DNA of 63,892 nucleotides, filler included, from Chrysochromulina tobinii (GCA_001275005.1; 7 parts of 7 records of this genome joined end to end with filler, not necessarily neighbours in it), one strand, 5' to 3'; positions 11,530 to 24,703 are shown, numbered from the whole stretch's first letter. A program made the numbers and translations. The notes: generated by a model from the sequence alone, not told the origin.

Positions 11530-12852
11530 ATGGACGAGCTCACCGATCGTCTCATCGCATCGCGTTATGGCGAACTTGCCTTTCTGCGGGCCCTCGCCGT
11601 CGTCGAAGCGAACAAGGACACAGTTGCCACTTTCTTTCAGCATCGTGCGACCAGAGACGAGCCCACCGCTCGTGAGGAAGTAATGAGAGTGGCCGCGTCA
11701 CGTTGCGTTAGTGGCATGGCGGCAGCATTCCGCACTGCGCTTGAGAACTCTCTCTCGCGTCAGGCTGTCCCTCGCGCGGCGGCATCGCAGACTCACCGCA
11801 ACCACGGGAATTCGCGGACGTCTGCCGGCCGGATGAGCGAGGCCAACAGTGCCCCGGTTCCACCTCCTATCGACGAGCCTGTTCAGACTATGCCCCCACC
11901 TACTGTGCCAGGGCCAGTGGGATTGGAATCGGGCGGACGCGGCGGACGCGCCGACACGCTCGACGAGGCAACGACGAACGTCGCGCGCTCGTCGCGGCCG
12001 AACTTCGTCGAACTTCGAGCGCTCGCGGCCAGCGGCCATGTCGGACGTATGCTGAGTAATGCATTCTTCCGCGAGCGCATTGAGAGCGTCCTACTAAGCA
12101 ACGTCGAGAATCCCAACGTGAGCACCGTCATGAATCGATTGTACCCGCACCTCCGCGGTGGCCGAGGGCTCAGCTCCGAAGGCGCAGCTCCGCGGGCGCG
12201 CACGTCTTTAGGCAGGGCTGCCTCTCCAGTGGAACAGCCACAGGCGCCACAGGCGCCACCGATGGCCGCTGTGGCGGCTCTGCATGGCAACCCCCCACCG
12301 CTCACCGGCAACCCTACCCTTGACAATCTGACCCTCGTGACCGGTGCTTCTTTCGAGCTGCTCCTCTCGATCCAACGCATGCTCCAGCAAGAGCTTGGCG
12401 CGGCGCTGCGTCACACCAGCCTCGATATTCATGCCGTCACCGATCACGCAATCTCGGGCATAGCTGCGACGGCGGCCGCCGCCACGCCCGCCGTGATGTC
12501 CAGTGCAGCCGTAGGCGGTGGCACGAGCAGCGGCAGCGGCAGCGACGCCTCAAGGCTGGGGTTCATTAATCTGTCCGTCCGTCCGTCGGTCCGTCCATCT
12601 CCGACCTCGCGGTGGATCTTTCCGCTGGGGGCGTGCGTCATTTGCACCGAGGCTGAGGTATCCACCGTCTTCTACAAATGCGGCCATATGTGTGCATGCA
12701 ACCTGTGCGCCTTCACCCTCAAGCAACGGCGCGCCAAGTGCCCCATCTGCCGCGCGCCCATCACTGATGTCATCCAAGCTTTCATCGCTTGCCCCCCACC
12801 CGAGGTTTCGGCCGCTGATGAGGTCGCTTCCGAAGCGCTCGATGCGGCTTAG
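11530..12852 (+). CDS. C-terminal RING-HC (C3HC4) zinc-finger protein, putative E3 ligase
   Basis: CVIC...FYKCGHMCACNLC...CPICRAPI. Confidence 0.88.
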   Translation: MDELTDRLIASRYGELAFLRALAVVEANKDTVATFFQHRATRDEPTAREEVMRVAASRCVSGMAAAFRTALENSLSRQAVPRAAASQTHRNHGNSRTSAGRMSEANSAPVPPPIDEPVQTMPPPTVPGPVGLESGGRGGRADTLDEATTNVARSSRPNFVELRALAASGHVGRMLSNAFFRERIESVLLSNVENPNVSTVMNRLYPHLRGGRGLSSEGAAPRARTSLGRAASPVEQPQAPQAPPMAAVAALHGNPPPLTGNPTLDNLTLVTGASFELLLSIQRMLQQELGAALRHTSLDIHAVTDHAISGIAATAAAATPAVMSSAAVGGGTSSGSGSDASRLGFINLSVRPSVRPSPTSRWIFPLGACVICTEAEVSTVFYKCGHMCACNLCAFTLKQRRAKCPICRAPITDVIQAFIACPPPEVSAADEVASEALDAA

Positions 12853-13628
12853 TTGGCTCGATGCCCTGTAGCAGGCGGCTCGAGCGGAACGGAGCCAAGT
12901 CACAATGTGCAGCCGGGCAAGTGGAGCGCTCCAAGGTGACTGGTCGTGATTGAGGCGTGTGATCTCCTCCCTCCTCGAGATCAGGGACTGGCCGTGATTG
13001 AGGGTGTGGTGAACCTCGAGATGGGCGACGAGCCTTGTGGGCTGAGACCAGCATCGGTTAGTCGGAGGACGGAGGGTTTGGCGTGGGCATGTAATTGTAA
13101 AGCCGCCGTACCGGACATGATGATTACTGTACCGATGGAGAACCGATGGAGGCTTGGGCGCAGGGCGGGCGCGCGGGTCGCAATCACAGAGGCTGGGCAG
13201 GGGCATTCAACGAAACCACAGCAAAGCGGCACCCGTTTGCGACATTCGGCTTCCCGCGGACATACGCGGACGAGCTTCTTAAGCTTCCGCGGTACACGCC
13301 GGATCCGCGGATGCCCGCGAGCGCGTACAGCTGGGGCGCTCGGGCTCAGCTGCGACGAGCATGCAGCATCGAGCTGGCGACCCCCGATCTCAGTAAACTG
13401 TGCCTAATTTTGAGCGAAGACGGGAGCGTACCGCAAGTAATGTGCAGCGAACTGCAAGTAATGAACGTAGCACGCCAGACGGCAACGTGAACCGTCGCGG
13501 TGTGTACCGTACATGGTACCGTAGAACCGTACTCGTCCAACCTCTAACGCTACTGTACGGAGATACTTAGGGACGGGACACTCTGTTGCAGGCACGTCTG
13601 AATAAAGCTGTAAGCTGCCGGTCAACGG

Positions 13629-14237
13629 TCAACATTCTAACGCCGTAAGCGGCTGCCGAACGCTCAACGAAGCTCTGAATGAAGCTGTGGGCTGCGGTGA
13701 GGACCACCCTTTCTTGAAGGTCTTGCTATCGAATGGATTGTCCTTGTCGCTTGCGCAGTGGCTCATGACCGCCGCCCGTGACGATGGTCGGTAGGTGGGC
13801 CGCTCCCAGGCTCGGAAGCTCTCATCTGTGGGTCCTGGTGCTGCTGTGGCTACCGCAAGCTGCTTAGCACGTTCCTTCTCCCACCGTGCGTACTCCTCTT
13901 CGCACTTTGCCTGCCGCTCTCGGCGGCGCTCCTCCGCACGCTTTTCCGAGAGCGCGATCAGAAGGTCGTATGCATCCTGCACCGCCAAAAATTGGGAGTC
14001 GTCTCCAACCTTGTCCGGATGCGTGTCCAGCGCTGCCTTTTTGTACGCCCTGCGGATGTCCGCTACCGATGAGGAAGGCCCAATTCCCAACAAAACCAAG
14101 GCCTCAGCCGCACGGGCGTCCTCCTCCAAACGCGCTGTCGCATTTTCTGAGTGCTCGGTCGACGGCCCCGCCCTGCCGGTTCGGCTAGTCGACGGCCCCG
14201 CCTTGACGAGGCGCGTTGACCTCGCCCCCTCTGCCAT
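13629..14237 (-). CDS. J-domain (DnaJ-type) protein
   Basis: LGI...ADIRRAYKKAALDTHPDK...FLAVQDAYDLL. Confidence 0.75.
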   Translation of the reverse strand: MAEGARSTRLVKAGPSTSRTGRAGPSTEHSENATARLEEDARAAEALVLLGIGPSSSVADIRRAYKKAALDTHPDKVGDDSQFLAVQDAYDLLIALSEKRAEERRRERQAKCEEEYARWEKERAKQLAVATAAPGPTDESFRAWERPTYRPSSRAAVMSHCASDKDNPFDSKTFKKGWSSPQPTASFRASLSVRQPLTALEC

Positions 14238-14587
14238 TCCCAAATTGCGGTGGCTGGTGGCGAAAACGGCGCTCGACCTCGTCTATTCTTGCCCTTCAAC
14301 TTTTTTGGATGCACAGTCTCTAATAAACACCCGACGCCCAGGGTTGGGGACGTGTCGCCGAGCGGGCCGAGGAGTCGAACGAATGGTCGTCGTTGAGAAG
14401 TCGAATGTTGAATGTGAAGAAAACTGGAACCCATGAAGTGTGCTGCGTATTCGGCGGCGAAGGTGGGATAGGGCACAGCGCGAGGATGGCCGTGCCGCGT
14501 GCCCAAGTGCCAAGATGCTGCATGGGGCACAGGCTCGCCTGTTGCGGTGACATCACACCGCGGGCGACATCCGCTCGTGACATCACC

Positions 14588-16057
14588 TCAACATCCGCTA
14601 GATGGTCGACTAGCGGGCGACATCACGATGCCCGAGAGGGTGGCCCGTGGCGAGAGCGGGGACGCTGCGCCGGATTTGGGCCGTCGCTTGGGCGGCGGCG
14701 TGACCGGCCGTGCCGCCGGCGCCTCGCCCTCGGGCAGCGGCCTCTCACGGTACAGCAACATGTACGCGGAGACCGAACCGGCGCCGCCGTAGGCACGGCG
14801 CATCTCTCTCTTGAGCTGATCCTCACTCAGCTTTCGCACGCGATCATCGTCAAAGAGGCTCCACGAGTCACTCGGCATGTCGCGGATGAGCGCAAAATAG
14901 TGACCCTTCTCGAGCGTGCCCGCGTGCAGCAGCACAGCGTACAAATCATACAGCAGCGTGGAGGGTCGTGTCTCCTCCTCCACCGCGGGTGCTGACGCCG
15001 CTGCCCCTGCCGACGACGTCTGTGCTCCCGATGATGCCATCGCCGGCGCGCTGCTCTCCGCGCTGTGAACGTGAACGCGCGGCGGCTCGTTCTTGGCGGG
15101 CACAGTGCCGCCGCTGGCGGCGGCAGCGGCATGGGTGCCATCGGAAGCAGCTGCATCCGCCCTGGTCGCCATCTCGAGCGGCTCGACGTAGGAGCGCATG
15201 TCGAGCGACATTTCGAAGCGCACCGCCGTGTTCAACTTGACTAGTGACGAGGACGTGATTCGCCTGGTCCTCGGCGTCTTCACCAACTGGACAGCGAACC
15301 GCTTGAGATGGATGATCAGGATGGGCGGCATCGACTGAAGCCGCACGCCACGCTCGGCGTCGTGCTTGCCAGTGCATTTGTCGCACACGTATTGGTCGTC
15401 TCCGCGCATCTGCTCTGGTGTGAACAGCTCTGCGAGGCCTTTGGCCACTGTGTAGACCTCCTCCGCTGAGCTGCCACCAGGCTCGGGCGCGGGCGCCGCC
15501 GCAGCACGCGCCTCCGCCTCCTCCTTCTCCGCCTCCTCCTCATCCTCGTCGCTCACGAGCACGCCGTTGGGCACCGCGATCGACAAATTCGAGAAGGTAT
15601 CCTTGGTTTGTGTGACCGTGCCGCACGTGTGGCAACGCACATAGTCGAGCTGCTTGCCTTCGAAAAGCTTGTTCATGAGCTTCGCGTGTGCAGTGCCCTT
15701 GAGCGCCGCCTCGAGCTGATCGCACAGCACGAGCCAGGTGTCATGACAGTCCTGCTGCCGATTGCACGTGTACGTGGGCCTGAGCGCTGCCGTGAGCGCC
15801 TTGGTCGAGACGGCTTGCCCGCCATTCGTGAGCTGCTGGAATATCTGCATGACCGCGCGCCCCGGCGCCGGCAGTTCGACAAGAGGAATGTCGAGGAACC
15901 CGTCGCGGAACTCTGGCGTCATGTATAGCGCCTGCAGCACCGCGTTGAGGTGGCACGTCGTCCTGGTCGGGTTTGTCAATCCGACGTAGTTGTGTGGACC
16001 GTTAGAAGCCGCGTCGGGCGCCACCGGCCGCGTGAGGCACGATGCGAAGAGCACCAT
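14588..16057 (-). CDS. Ubiquitin-specific protease (C19 family)
   Basis: Cys box [23 protein letters not shown], two CxxC pairs, ILIIHLKRF, and His box [10 protein letters not shown]...FDD. Confidence 0.92.
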   Translation of the reverse strand: MVLFASCLTRPVAPDAASNGPHNYVGLTNPTRTTCHLNAVLQALYMTPEFRDGFLDIPLVELPAPGRAVMQIFQQLTNGGQAVSTKALTAALRPTYTCNRQQDCHDTWLVLCDQLEAALKGTAHAKLMNKLFEGKQLDYVRCHTCGTVTQTKDTFSNLSIAVPNGVLVSDEDEEEAEKEEAEARAAAAPAPEPGGSSAEEVYTVAKGLAELFTPEQMRGDDQYVCDKCTGKHDAERGVRLQSMPPILIIHLKRFAVQLVKTPRTRRITSSSLVKLNTAVRFEMSLDMRSYVEPLEMATRADAAASDGTHAAAAASGGTVPAKNEPPRVHVHSAESSAPAMASSGAQTSSAGAAASAPAVEEETRPSTLLYDLYAVLLHAGTLEKGHYFALIRDMPSDSWSLFDDDRVRKLSEDQLKREMRRAYGGAGSVSAYMLLYRERPLPEGEAPAARPVTPPPKRRPKSGAASPLSPRATLSGIVMSPASRPSSGC

Positions 16058-16332
16058 GCGATGCCGCCGGGCCGCGGCAGCAGATGGAGCGGCGGCTGAC
16101 CGAGAGCCTCTCGGTCTCGTGTAAAAAATACAGGGGAGAGCCGGGACACACAAGGGACAGACACACGAACCACACAAACCGATCTCCCGGTAAAAAGACA
16201 CCGGGTCCCGGTAAGAACAGGATGGATCCGTGCAATTCATTTCCTACACGTCGACAAGTTTCACACATCTGCGTTCATTTCACAGCCACAAGTTTCGTCG
16301 CGATCTTCGAACTCGAGCTCGCGGTGCCGAGA

Positions 16333-17232
16333 ATGTCGATGTCGATCGTACTGGTGTTGCTTGCTGTGTGCTTGAGCGCCTCCGCGCTGCGCCTCTCCCA
16401 TGTGTCGCGCGGGCCCGCCGCCATCAGCGCTTCACCCTACAGCCGTATCGGCGCGCTCTGCATGAAGGATAAAGGAGGCGGGAAAGGAGGTGGGAAAGGA
16501 GGCGGGGCCCCAGCGGCCTCCAAGGGAGGGTCCTCAACAGCTTCCGATGATCCCTCGGCGGCCGGTAAGGTGGTAATCTCTGACGCGACCGATAAATTCA
16601 AGAAGTCGGTCACGGCGGCGGCGGAGTCGCTTTCGACGCTTCGTGTCGGCAAGGCCAACCCCAGCCTCCTCGACCGCGTGATGGTTGAATACTTTGGCGC
16701 GAACACTCCGCTCAAGCAGCTTGCGAGTGTGACAACGCCGACGCCGTCGCAGCTGCTGGTCGATCCGTGCGTTGCGCGCACTGCGGCATCGAATCACTGA
16801 TGCTGCTCCTGCTGCTGCTCGCTGCAAGCTGACCACGCATGTTTCCCAACTGCTGCTTGGCGTGTGCTCCGTGCGTGCGCCCGCAGCTTCGACAAGAGCA
16901 GCCTCGGAGCGATCGAGAAGGCACTTTTCGAGGCGGACCTTGGCATGACGCCCAACAACGATGGCAAGGCGATCCGCCTGAACGTGCCGTCGCTGACTGG
17001 CGACCGACGCAAGGAGTTGGCAAAGATGGCCAAATCTTTCGGCGAGGAAGCCAAGGTGGCGATCCGCAACGTGCGCAAGACGGCGATGGAAAAGCTCAAG
17101 GGGATGAAGAAAGACGTCAGTGAAGACGCGGCCAAGAATTTCGAGGACGATCTGCAGAAGGCGGTCAAAAAATACGAGGGTGACGTGGATAAGCTCGTGG
17201 CCGATCGCGAGAAGGAAATCCTCACGGTGTAA
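16333..17232 (+). CDS. frr: Ribosome recycling factor, probably plastid-targeted (signal + transit peptide)
   Basis: [20 protein letters not shown]...P|FDKS...PNNDG...[11 protein letters not shown]; intron 16767-16886; hydrophobic N-terminal signal peptide. Confidence 0.95.
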
Positions 17233-19400
17233 GCAATAACTAAGTTATCATTAGATGGCGGGCGAGACTCTATTAGGCGGGGACACAGCAGGTGCAGGAG
17301 CCGTGCAGCCACGAGGTTGTGTGTGCTCCCTGCAGCGCGGCGCGTTGGCCGAAAAATACAGCTTTGGAGCATTCATTTCCCAAACAGGTGTAGGGGTGGG
17401 GCCTTATAAACATGAAAAATAGTAGACCACTCCCCCTTGGGTCAACCATTCATTTCNNNNNNNNNNNNNNNNNNNNNNNNNNNNNNNNNNNNNNNNNNNN
17501 TTAATTAATTAANNNNNNNNNNNNNNNNNNNNNNNNNNNNNNNNNNNNNNNNNNNNTCATCCCCATCTTCTTGATCTTGATCATCGCGGCGCACCGGGGC
17601 TTCAACATCGTGCCTTTTCAGGAAGTCTACAGTACGGCAATGCAACACGGCTCCAGGCCGACGACGGGAGCGATCGGGTGCCTGCGCGATGGCTGTTCCG
17701 ACGGGCCAAGGTGTCGGTAGGGCCTTGCGACCGCCGGCGCCGCGCGTCGAGCACGCGCGGCCCTTCTTCGACGAGTTTTGGCGTTTTGGGCTTGACAAGG
17801 GCACGTCAATCGTTTTTGGCCAGGCAACAAGGGCGGCTGGCGCGGCGGCGGCAAGAGTGGTCGAGGGCGTTTTTGCGGTGCGCGCCACACACCCCGTCCT
17901 CCATATCTCACGCACGCGCGCGCTCGCGACATACAGGTGTGTCGTCTGCAGACGGGTGGCGGAAGCAGCAGAGGGAGGTGCCTGCAGGGTGTGACAGGCA
18001 GGGCGGCAACGGCGCGGGCGGCGGCAGTAGCGAGGCTCGACGAATGCTCGAGGGCGACGACTGGCGGCCGATGAGGCGAGCGGGAGTTGAGCTCTGAACT
18101 GCGCGAGGATGAGGGTTATCGGACTGCGCCTTCATTGCGCTGCAGCACGGGCCCTCTCCCTCGCGTCGGTCATCTCGGCGAGCGCGACGCGGCACCGACC
18201 GGCCTCGAGATCCTCGGTCGAGGCGCCTACGTCTCCCCCTCTTTCTCTCCCCCAATCCCCCATCTTATGCTTGACGCCACGGTCGATCTCGAGCCGATTT
18301 CCTCTTCGGCGTAAGAGTGGCGCTCATCGGCTCGAGATCGGCCCGTTACTTCTCACCTACTTGTTCTCCGAGGGCACGTATGTCAGCACTTATGACGTGG
18401 CACCTCTAGATGGACCCCCTCCGTCATCTCCGCCTACTCCCGTCCTCCCCTGCTGGCTTCCGGAGCACATTCGATAGGCTTCCGTATGGTTGTCTGTTGT
18501 TTATGTATAGACTTGACTTGACTTGACTTGAAAACACACAGCAAAGACACACAACAGTCCACAACACGTAAATAGCACAACTGTGAAGACAATACAGGAC
18601 TACAAGCATCAAAATGAGACACATGCAGGCGGTCAGATCTGAGAAACAGCCTAAATAAGAGAAAGAGCGGCGAGACCCATGTATTCACAGCCAATGGTTA
18701 TACGCCCTAGACACCGGACTTGCGTACATACATTCACACACCAAAACGCAATCACTGTCACACTGATTCAAATGCGCTCACCCGCACATAACCCGCACAC
18801 ACACTCGTTCAGTAGTGAGTCTCGCAATCAGAGTCAGCACATCCCAAGGGCACATCCCGGGTCAGTCAGCCCCGGGAGCCCGGGTCTGATACCGACATAC
18901 CTTGAAACCCGCCATGCATAGCTCCCTTGGCCAAGCTCCCTAGCTGGCACGGTGGAGAATTCACGGACACACCATGAACACGTCATTGGAACACGTTTAC
19001 AGAGCAAAACAAAGTTTAAATCACACGTCCGACGCCGACGCATTCACAGACAATTTCACACTGGATACCTCTCACACCGTGGCGTGTTGCTCGCACAGGG
19101 GGTGCGGCATGGACGCGAAGGGCCGCGTGGCGCCACCCGCGTGACCGTGACTGCGCTGTCGTGGTCGTGTCACGTGTGGTGGTGTGGATTGGTGTCGATC
19201 CTTTTTTTTTCGGAAAGCCTGTGTTTCTGTGTGAAGCAACTCGGCCGCCACTCTCAGACTCTTGGTGGTTCACGCAGGTTGATGGTTTCTAAAAGTGGCA
19301 CAGAAACAGGCATCTCGTGCAAACCGTTTCGGGAGCACACGCGAGCGTTTCATGTTCGCGGCGCGCCGGCAGCACCACGATTGAAACTCTCCGTCTGAGC

Positions 19401-21104
19401 ATGGCGGCAGCACTGCCTCTCGAGACGCGACCATCGTCGCGTAGGATCGCTGGTATGTTGCTGCCAAAGGACACAAGTGTTGCAGGTCCCGTTGAGTACG
19501 AAATGCCACCTCTGGAGACGATGATCAAAGAGCTGACTAGTGGCACCGAAGCTGCTCGTCAGACTGCGCTGGCATGGCTGGTCGATCTCATTGATGGTCT
19601 GCCCACAGCCGAGCTCCTTTCCGTGTGTGCGGAGCTTCGGGAGAGTGGTGCATGTGCAATGCTTGTAAAACTGCTTGCTGTGCCCGCGCTGCACGAGGAT
19701 GCGCTACTCGTCCTTAGCAACATCGCTGCTGACGCTGTCGATGTGCATGCGAAGCAGACAAGAGAGCTACTTAAGCGTGAAGACGTGATGAATTCGATCT
19801 TTCCATATCTATGGACAGAGTCTTACGAATCTGTTCTGTACGCTCTCGCGGCACTCGTCCACTTTGTTGATGACGTGTCTCAAATTCAAGGTCTGCTTAT
19901 CGCCTCAGCACGCCTGCGCCTGCAACAAATAGTCGAGGAGGGGGACGACATGCTGGCAACGTTTGCGACCAGCTGTATCAAACGGATGCCAGAGGCGACT
20001 GCTATGGAGAAGGAGGCTGTGCGCGCAGCAGAGGAGCAGAGGGCGGCCTTGGAAGCGGCTCTGCCGGACACTGAGAGCGAGGGAGAGAAGGCGCGAGCAC
20101 TCATCCAGTCTCTGGAAAAGATTAAGGCCATGGAAGCAGCTGCGGAAATTGCTGCAAAAGCAGCTGCGCTGGAAAGAACCACGAGGACGCACGCAGAACG
20201 GAGCAGAGATAGAGTGGCTAAAGCAGGAGCAGAACGGGCATCCAAGGCCATTGAAGAATCTCTAAAGAGGCGCGTGGAGACGGATAGCCGTTCCAATGGT
20301 GCTCATCGCGGGCACCAGTCATCACACAGTAGGGCCGGCCTTTTTGCACCGCCTGCGCGACGGCAAAGCGACGAGGCTGCGCCTCGCACTGCCGCTGAAG
20401 TTTGGATCCGGCCGCTGAATGCATTCGAGAGATCAGCGCGCATCTTGGACCCGCAGGGCAATTTCAAGCCAAACATTCTAAGGCCGTCTGCACTCACGCC
20501 GCTCGGCGTGCGAGTTCGCCAACCACCCACTTCTCTACCACCAGACGAACCTCTGTTGCCTCTGGGCCTCGCTGGCCTTGACCGGCAGGGCTTAAAGGTC
20601 GACCACAACGGAAGAATTGTTCCGCCAACCAGTCTGAGCTCACCAAGACCACGGAGGGCGGCTCTGCTCTCTCGCAGACGCCTTGCTTCACTGGGTTCAA
20701 AAATCGATCAGCTGCGCTTCCCCGACCTAACCCGGGCGCACACGCACACGAGCCATTTGACATTTGCACAGGGCACAGCAGAAGTCAAGAGGCGTGGAGA
20801 TCCAAACTTGACGGTGAGCGCCTCCATGCCCACGCTGCCATCTCTTCGGTCCTTGCAGCACGCTCCAGATACAGAGGCCCACGAGAGCGTGCCCGAGCAG
20901 CGCAGGCAGTCACCTCAGCCGATGCGCTCTGAGCAAGAAGCGAAGCGGGAGGCGCTCGCAGAGGCAAGGCGCAAAGCAGCAGCGCAGGCTGAGGCGCGCC
21001 GAGCGGCCAAAGAAGCGGAGGAGATGAAGGAGGCTGCACGCAGGGCGCTCGTAGCCAAAAAGGATGGCGACGACGACTCGGACGGAGTTGTGGAGGTCTT
21101 CTAG
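19401..21104 (+). CDS. Hypothetical protein with ARM-like helical N-terminus and coiled coils
   Basis: Long ATG ORF with ARM-like LVKLL...ALLVLSNIA segments. Confidence 0.6.
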   Translation: MAAALPLETRPSSRRIAGMLLPKDTSVAGPVEYEMPPLETMIKELTSGTEAARQTALAWLVDLIDGLPTAELLSVCAELRESGACAMLVKLLAVPALHEDALLVLSNIAADAVDVHAKQTRELLKREDVMNSIFPYLWTESYESVLYALAALVHFVDDVSQIQGLLIASARLRLQQIVEEGDDMLATFATSCIKRMPEATAMEKEAVRAAEEQRAALEAALPDTESEGEKARALIQSLEKIKAMEAAAEIAAKAAALERTTRTHAERSRDRVAKAGAERASKAIEESLKRRVETDSRSNGAHRGHQSSHSRAGLFAPPARRQSDEAAPRTAAEVWIRPLNAFERSARILDPQGNFKPNILRPSALTPLGVRVRQPPTSLPPDEPLLPLGLAGLDRQGLKVDHNGRIVPPTSLSSPRPRRAALLSRRRLASLGSKIDQLRFPDLTRAHTHTSHLTFAQGTAEVKRRGDPNLTVSASMPTLPSLRSLQHAPDTEAHESVPEQRRQSPQPMRSEQEAKREALAEARRKAAAQAEARRAAKEAEEMKEAARRALVAKKDGDDDSDGVVEVF

Positions 21105-21192
21105 TCCTGTTTTTTGCTCATAAATATCGAAAGTTGCTCACAAATCGCGCGTCATGACACGGCGGCCGCTCGTGCAACCCCACAGCCTTCGC

Positions 21193-21534
21193 TTAGGAGC
21201 CCCATCCACCGGCGTCATCACTCAGAGAGAAGCAAGTATTGAGGAAGGGTGGGCACACGCCCCGGGTCAAGTACTCGTTGGCAATGAGCAGCCCAAAACA
21301 CGCAAATGATCCAACGGATATCACCGGAATGAGGAGATCACGCTCAGAACTTGGTGGAGTGGGAGGCTCATCTCTGAGTTTAGGCGCTCCAGGATTGGGC
21401 ATGCGCAGTGCCTCGCGCACGCCGTCATCATCCTGCATACGGACCAGCGGTAAACGTGCACGGTCTGAAAGTAAGGTCCGCAACCCAATCGGAGCGTGTA
21501 AAGCCATCGTCAAGAACATCACTGCGACGAGCAT
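21193..21534 (-). CDS. Small protein with signal/transit peptide and one TM helix
   Basis: N-terminus MLVAVMFLTMAL followed by an Arg-rich segment ending VRM; hydrophobic segment LLIPVISVGSFACFGLLIA. Confidence 0.5.
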   Translation of the reverse strand: MLVAVMFLTMALHAPIGLRTLLSDRARLPLVRMQDDDGVREALRMPNPGAPKLRDEPPTPPSSERDLLIPVISVGSFACFGLLIANEYLTRGVCPPFLNTCFSLSDDAGGWGS

Positions 21535-21861
21535 TGTATTTCAGCGTTTTTCTGTGAATGACAGAAATTGTTTGAAGCGAACTACCCGGTTTAGGCGACC
21601 CTCGCAGCTGGCCGACTCATACGCGACACGGACTATTTTGAAGCGCCATCCCCGAGTCTTTTTGAACCGCCCTTGCTGTAACCGTGCACTTTGGGGGTTT
21701 TTGAGCCATTCTCCCTCTGCAAACCTCTGCGTTGGCGTGGCTGACATCTTGAGGCCCTGGCCGCCCGGTCCGACACCACGGCGACACGGGTGCTCACCCG
21801 ATCACCCACGGATAGCCCTAAGAAGGTATCCTTCCGACACCCACCAATCTCTACGGTTGAC

Positions 21862-23650
21862 ATGGCTAGCGAAGAGCTCGTGCCAATTGAACAGTTCATC
21901 TTGCCTGAAGTCGGCCTCACGCTGAAGACCGATTGGCAGAGCATGGGCACTGGAGCAGCCTACTTTGACGAAGTCCGCGGGGCCCAGCCCTTCCAAATCA
22001 CCGGGCCGATTCATGTCATGCAATTCCTGAAGGAATGCCAGGCGCGTGATGCCGCGGCCGGCCTGAAAACTTCTTACTCCGGCTACTTGTCGCCACCGAC
22101 CCAAATCACCATCCAGGGAGATCGGGCTCGCAAAGCCGGCATCCCGATGAATGCCGTCTCGTACGCATACTGCTACCCTGTGGACGCGGTGGCGGCCCAG
22201 TACCAGCGGCTCATCTGCGAGGAGGCCCGCACCGACTCCTGGCTCTCCTTCCTTATGCTGGGCGGATACGCATACTTTGACTCCAAGCGAGAACTCATTT
22301 GCACAACTCTTTCGTGCTGACGCCCACGGACGGATGTTCACGCTCACGGGGCCCTTCGAACCGTCCGAAAAGGCGGTTGCAGCCCTCCGGGACGCGTCGC
22401 GGCTACGCAAGATCTCGCTGGCCCCTTATGTGGATGCGGGCTTCTCGCACTTTGCGTGGATCAATCCTAATGAGAAGCCTGGCGGCTTCAGTATGCTCGC
22501 CGACGGCCTCGAGGTGGACAACAACGGCTACTTTTTGTACGAGATGAGCAGCGGGCGCTTCGACCTGTACCCGCTCGTTCGCAAGGAGTTCCTTGCGAGC
22601 TCCGCACAATCCTTGAGCTTGCTGGAGCTGTCCGAAAACTCCGAAAAGGACGGGAAGGACGACGACAGCGTGAAACGGTCCAAGAACGCGCGAACCTCGA
22701 AGTGGCGCAGCACGAGCGCGGCCTTCCAGGAGAAGATGTCGCTCGAGCGCGCCAAGACCCTCATGTATAGGCCATCGACCTTCGGCGTGGCTGCTGAGGA
22801 GGACCCGAAAGGCGGTCCCGCTAAAATCGACCCTAAGAACTACGTCAATATGCAGGTGTACAAGCCCACGGGCATGGGTGCCACGGACGCCGCATCGGCG
22901 CGGTCCCTGCTGAGCGGCGCGGTGAGCGGGATGAAGGCTCAGGCGTCGCGTAACAGCGACATGCTGTCGCGTCGTTCGTCAGATAGGAGTTCGGCGCCGC
23001 CCTCTCCAATCCCATTCAACCCTGAAGCGGACGGTGGCGGCTCGACCTCTTCAGCGAGCTATGGAGTGCCGCAGCGACAGCCGCAGCCTGAAACACCAGC
23101 ACGGCACGTGCCGACACCGTCGCCGTACCTTGCGCCGCCCAAGACGCCCGCAGTGGCGTCCCCAATCTTCTCAGTGCAAAAGCCGGAGCAGGAGGAAGCC
23201 CCCGCTCCAGCCAGCCCCCGCGAGTCGGGAGTTGCCTCATTCTTGGGGCAAGTGATGACTGGGCTACGCACGCCGCGTCGGCCGGAGTCGAATCGAGGAC
23301 CTGGAGTCGAGGACCTGGACGCCTTTCGAGCCGAGATACGCGCCGAGATCAACTCCCTGAAGTCGGATCAGAGTACGATGCGACCTCAAATCAAGCGGGA
23401 GTGTGCGGCGGCGTGGGAGCCCGAGGTGACCAAGCTGCGAGAGCAGATGCAGCGGCTGCAGATCGACCTACGCGAGTCCAAGGCTGAGAACAAATCGCTG
23501 AGGACTCGCGTGGAAATTCTCGAGGAGGACACCAAGGGGCTGAGGGAGCGGGTGCGCAAAGGCGGAGGAGTCTTCGGGTGCTGCGGTGGTGCGTCCGATG
23601 TCGAGGAGCATGTCAGGGAGCCTTCGAGTCCCGCAAATCAGCACATTTGA
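21862..23650 (+). CDS. Hypothetical protein split by an apparent frameshift near 22305; C-terminal coiled coil
   Basis: Two overlapping protein-like ORFs (to 22320, and 22151-23650) with no obvious intron between them. Confidence 0.5.
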
Positions 23651-24703
23651 AGGCTCAGGTTGTTCTCTAATGCTTACTTGTTCAGGTTGTTGACTGTGAC
23701 TTAATATCGTGGCTCAAAAAAATGGCCCGGTGCATTTTGACATTTGTGATTTGAGCAGACCGCACACGGCCGGCGAGCCCCGGGCGCACCGCCTCACCGC
23801 ACCGCCTTCAAACTTTCGGACAACTCTTTCGAGGACACACGCATGTAGTGACGTGTGAGGTTGTGTCCGAAGACTCCTCCGCCGCCCCCGCCCTCGCCAC
23901 CCCTGTCTACTGTCTCCACCGCCCCCGCCTCGGCGCCCCCAGCTCGACGACCCCTGTTTGAGATTGCGTTGTACGTGTTGGTCCGGGTGTGTTGATTAAG
24001 TTGTGTCGAAGTTGGACACCGTGATAAGTGAAACTGACCCACCTCTCCTGTGGAGAGGAAGAGAATAGAAGGCATAGTGTTGTCCTCAGAAGAACCCAGT
24101 AAGTCGACAAATACCCGCGCAACACTACTCGCGGCGCTTCGCACACGAGAGAACTCCGAAGGGGGACTCCGGAGAAATCCCACAGGGAACGAAGAGTCGA
24201 AGACGCACGCACCGGTAAAAAGACACCGGGGGAGACGGGACACACACAGGCACACGGACACACAGACGAACCTCACAACCATCCCAACCCACCAACGCAC
24301 CCGAGCGACCGCGAGACGACCGAATCAGCGGCCGACTCAACGGCCGCAGCCCCGGAGCCGACCGCTCCCCGCGGCCGACTCGGAGGCTGCCCCCTGCGAA
24401 CCCGACCCAGCCGCCCCCCGCTCCACCGGGGGGAGCCGGACACACTCACACGCCAGACCACACACGAACCCCGGGACGCACACATCGCCACAAACCACCG
24501 CACACCTCTCACACCCGATCAAGCGACGCACGCACCGGTACAACGCGGCTCACACAGATGAAACGACAAGCGGAACGGGGGGATTCAGACGGTCGGGGTG
24601 TACTGTCGGCATTCACAGTCGGCATTCACAGTCGGCATCGGGAGGTCTTCCCGGACGCGTCCCGTCTCGCACGGCTGCCACACTCAACGCGCAATCACCG
24701 AGG

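Noticed and set aside
17457..17556. N-runs containing TTAATTAATTAA (also at 28796, 33973, 37681, 57014, 62245)
   Set aside because: Artificial scaffold spacers with stops in all frames; adjacency across them is not guaranteed.
17557..19380. Short ORFs and an (ACTTG)n tract
   Set aside because: No assignable product; probably intergenic or degraded repeat.
24050..24703. 218-aa N-terminal extension of the SelD ORF
   Set aside because: It begins at GTG, is CA-rich low-complexity sequence and contains the dispersed 19-mer repeat; probably non-coding.
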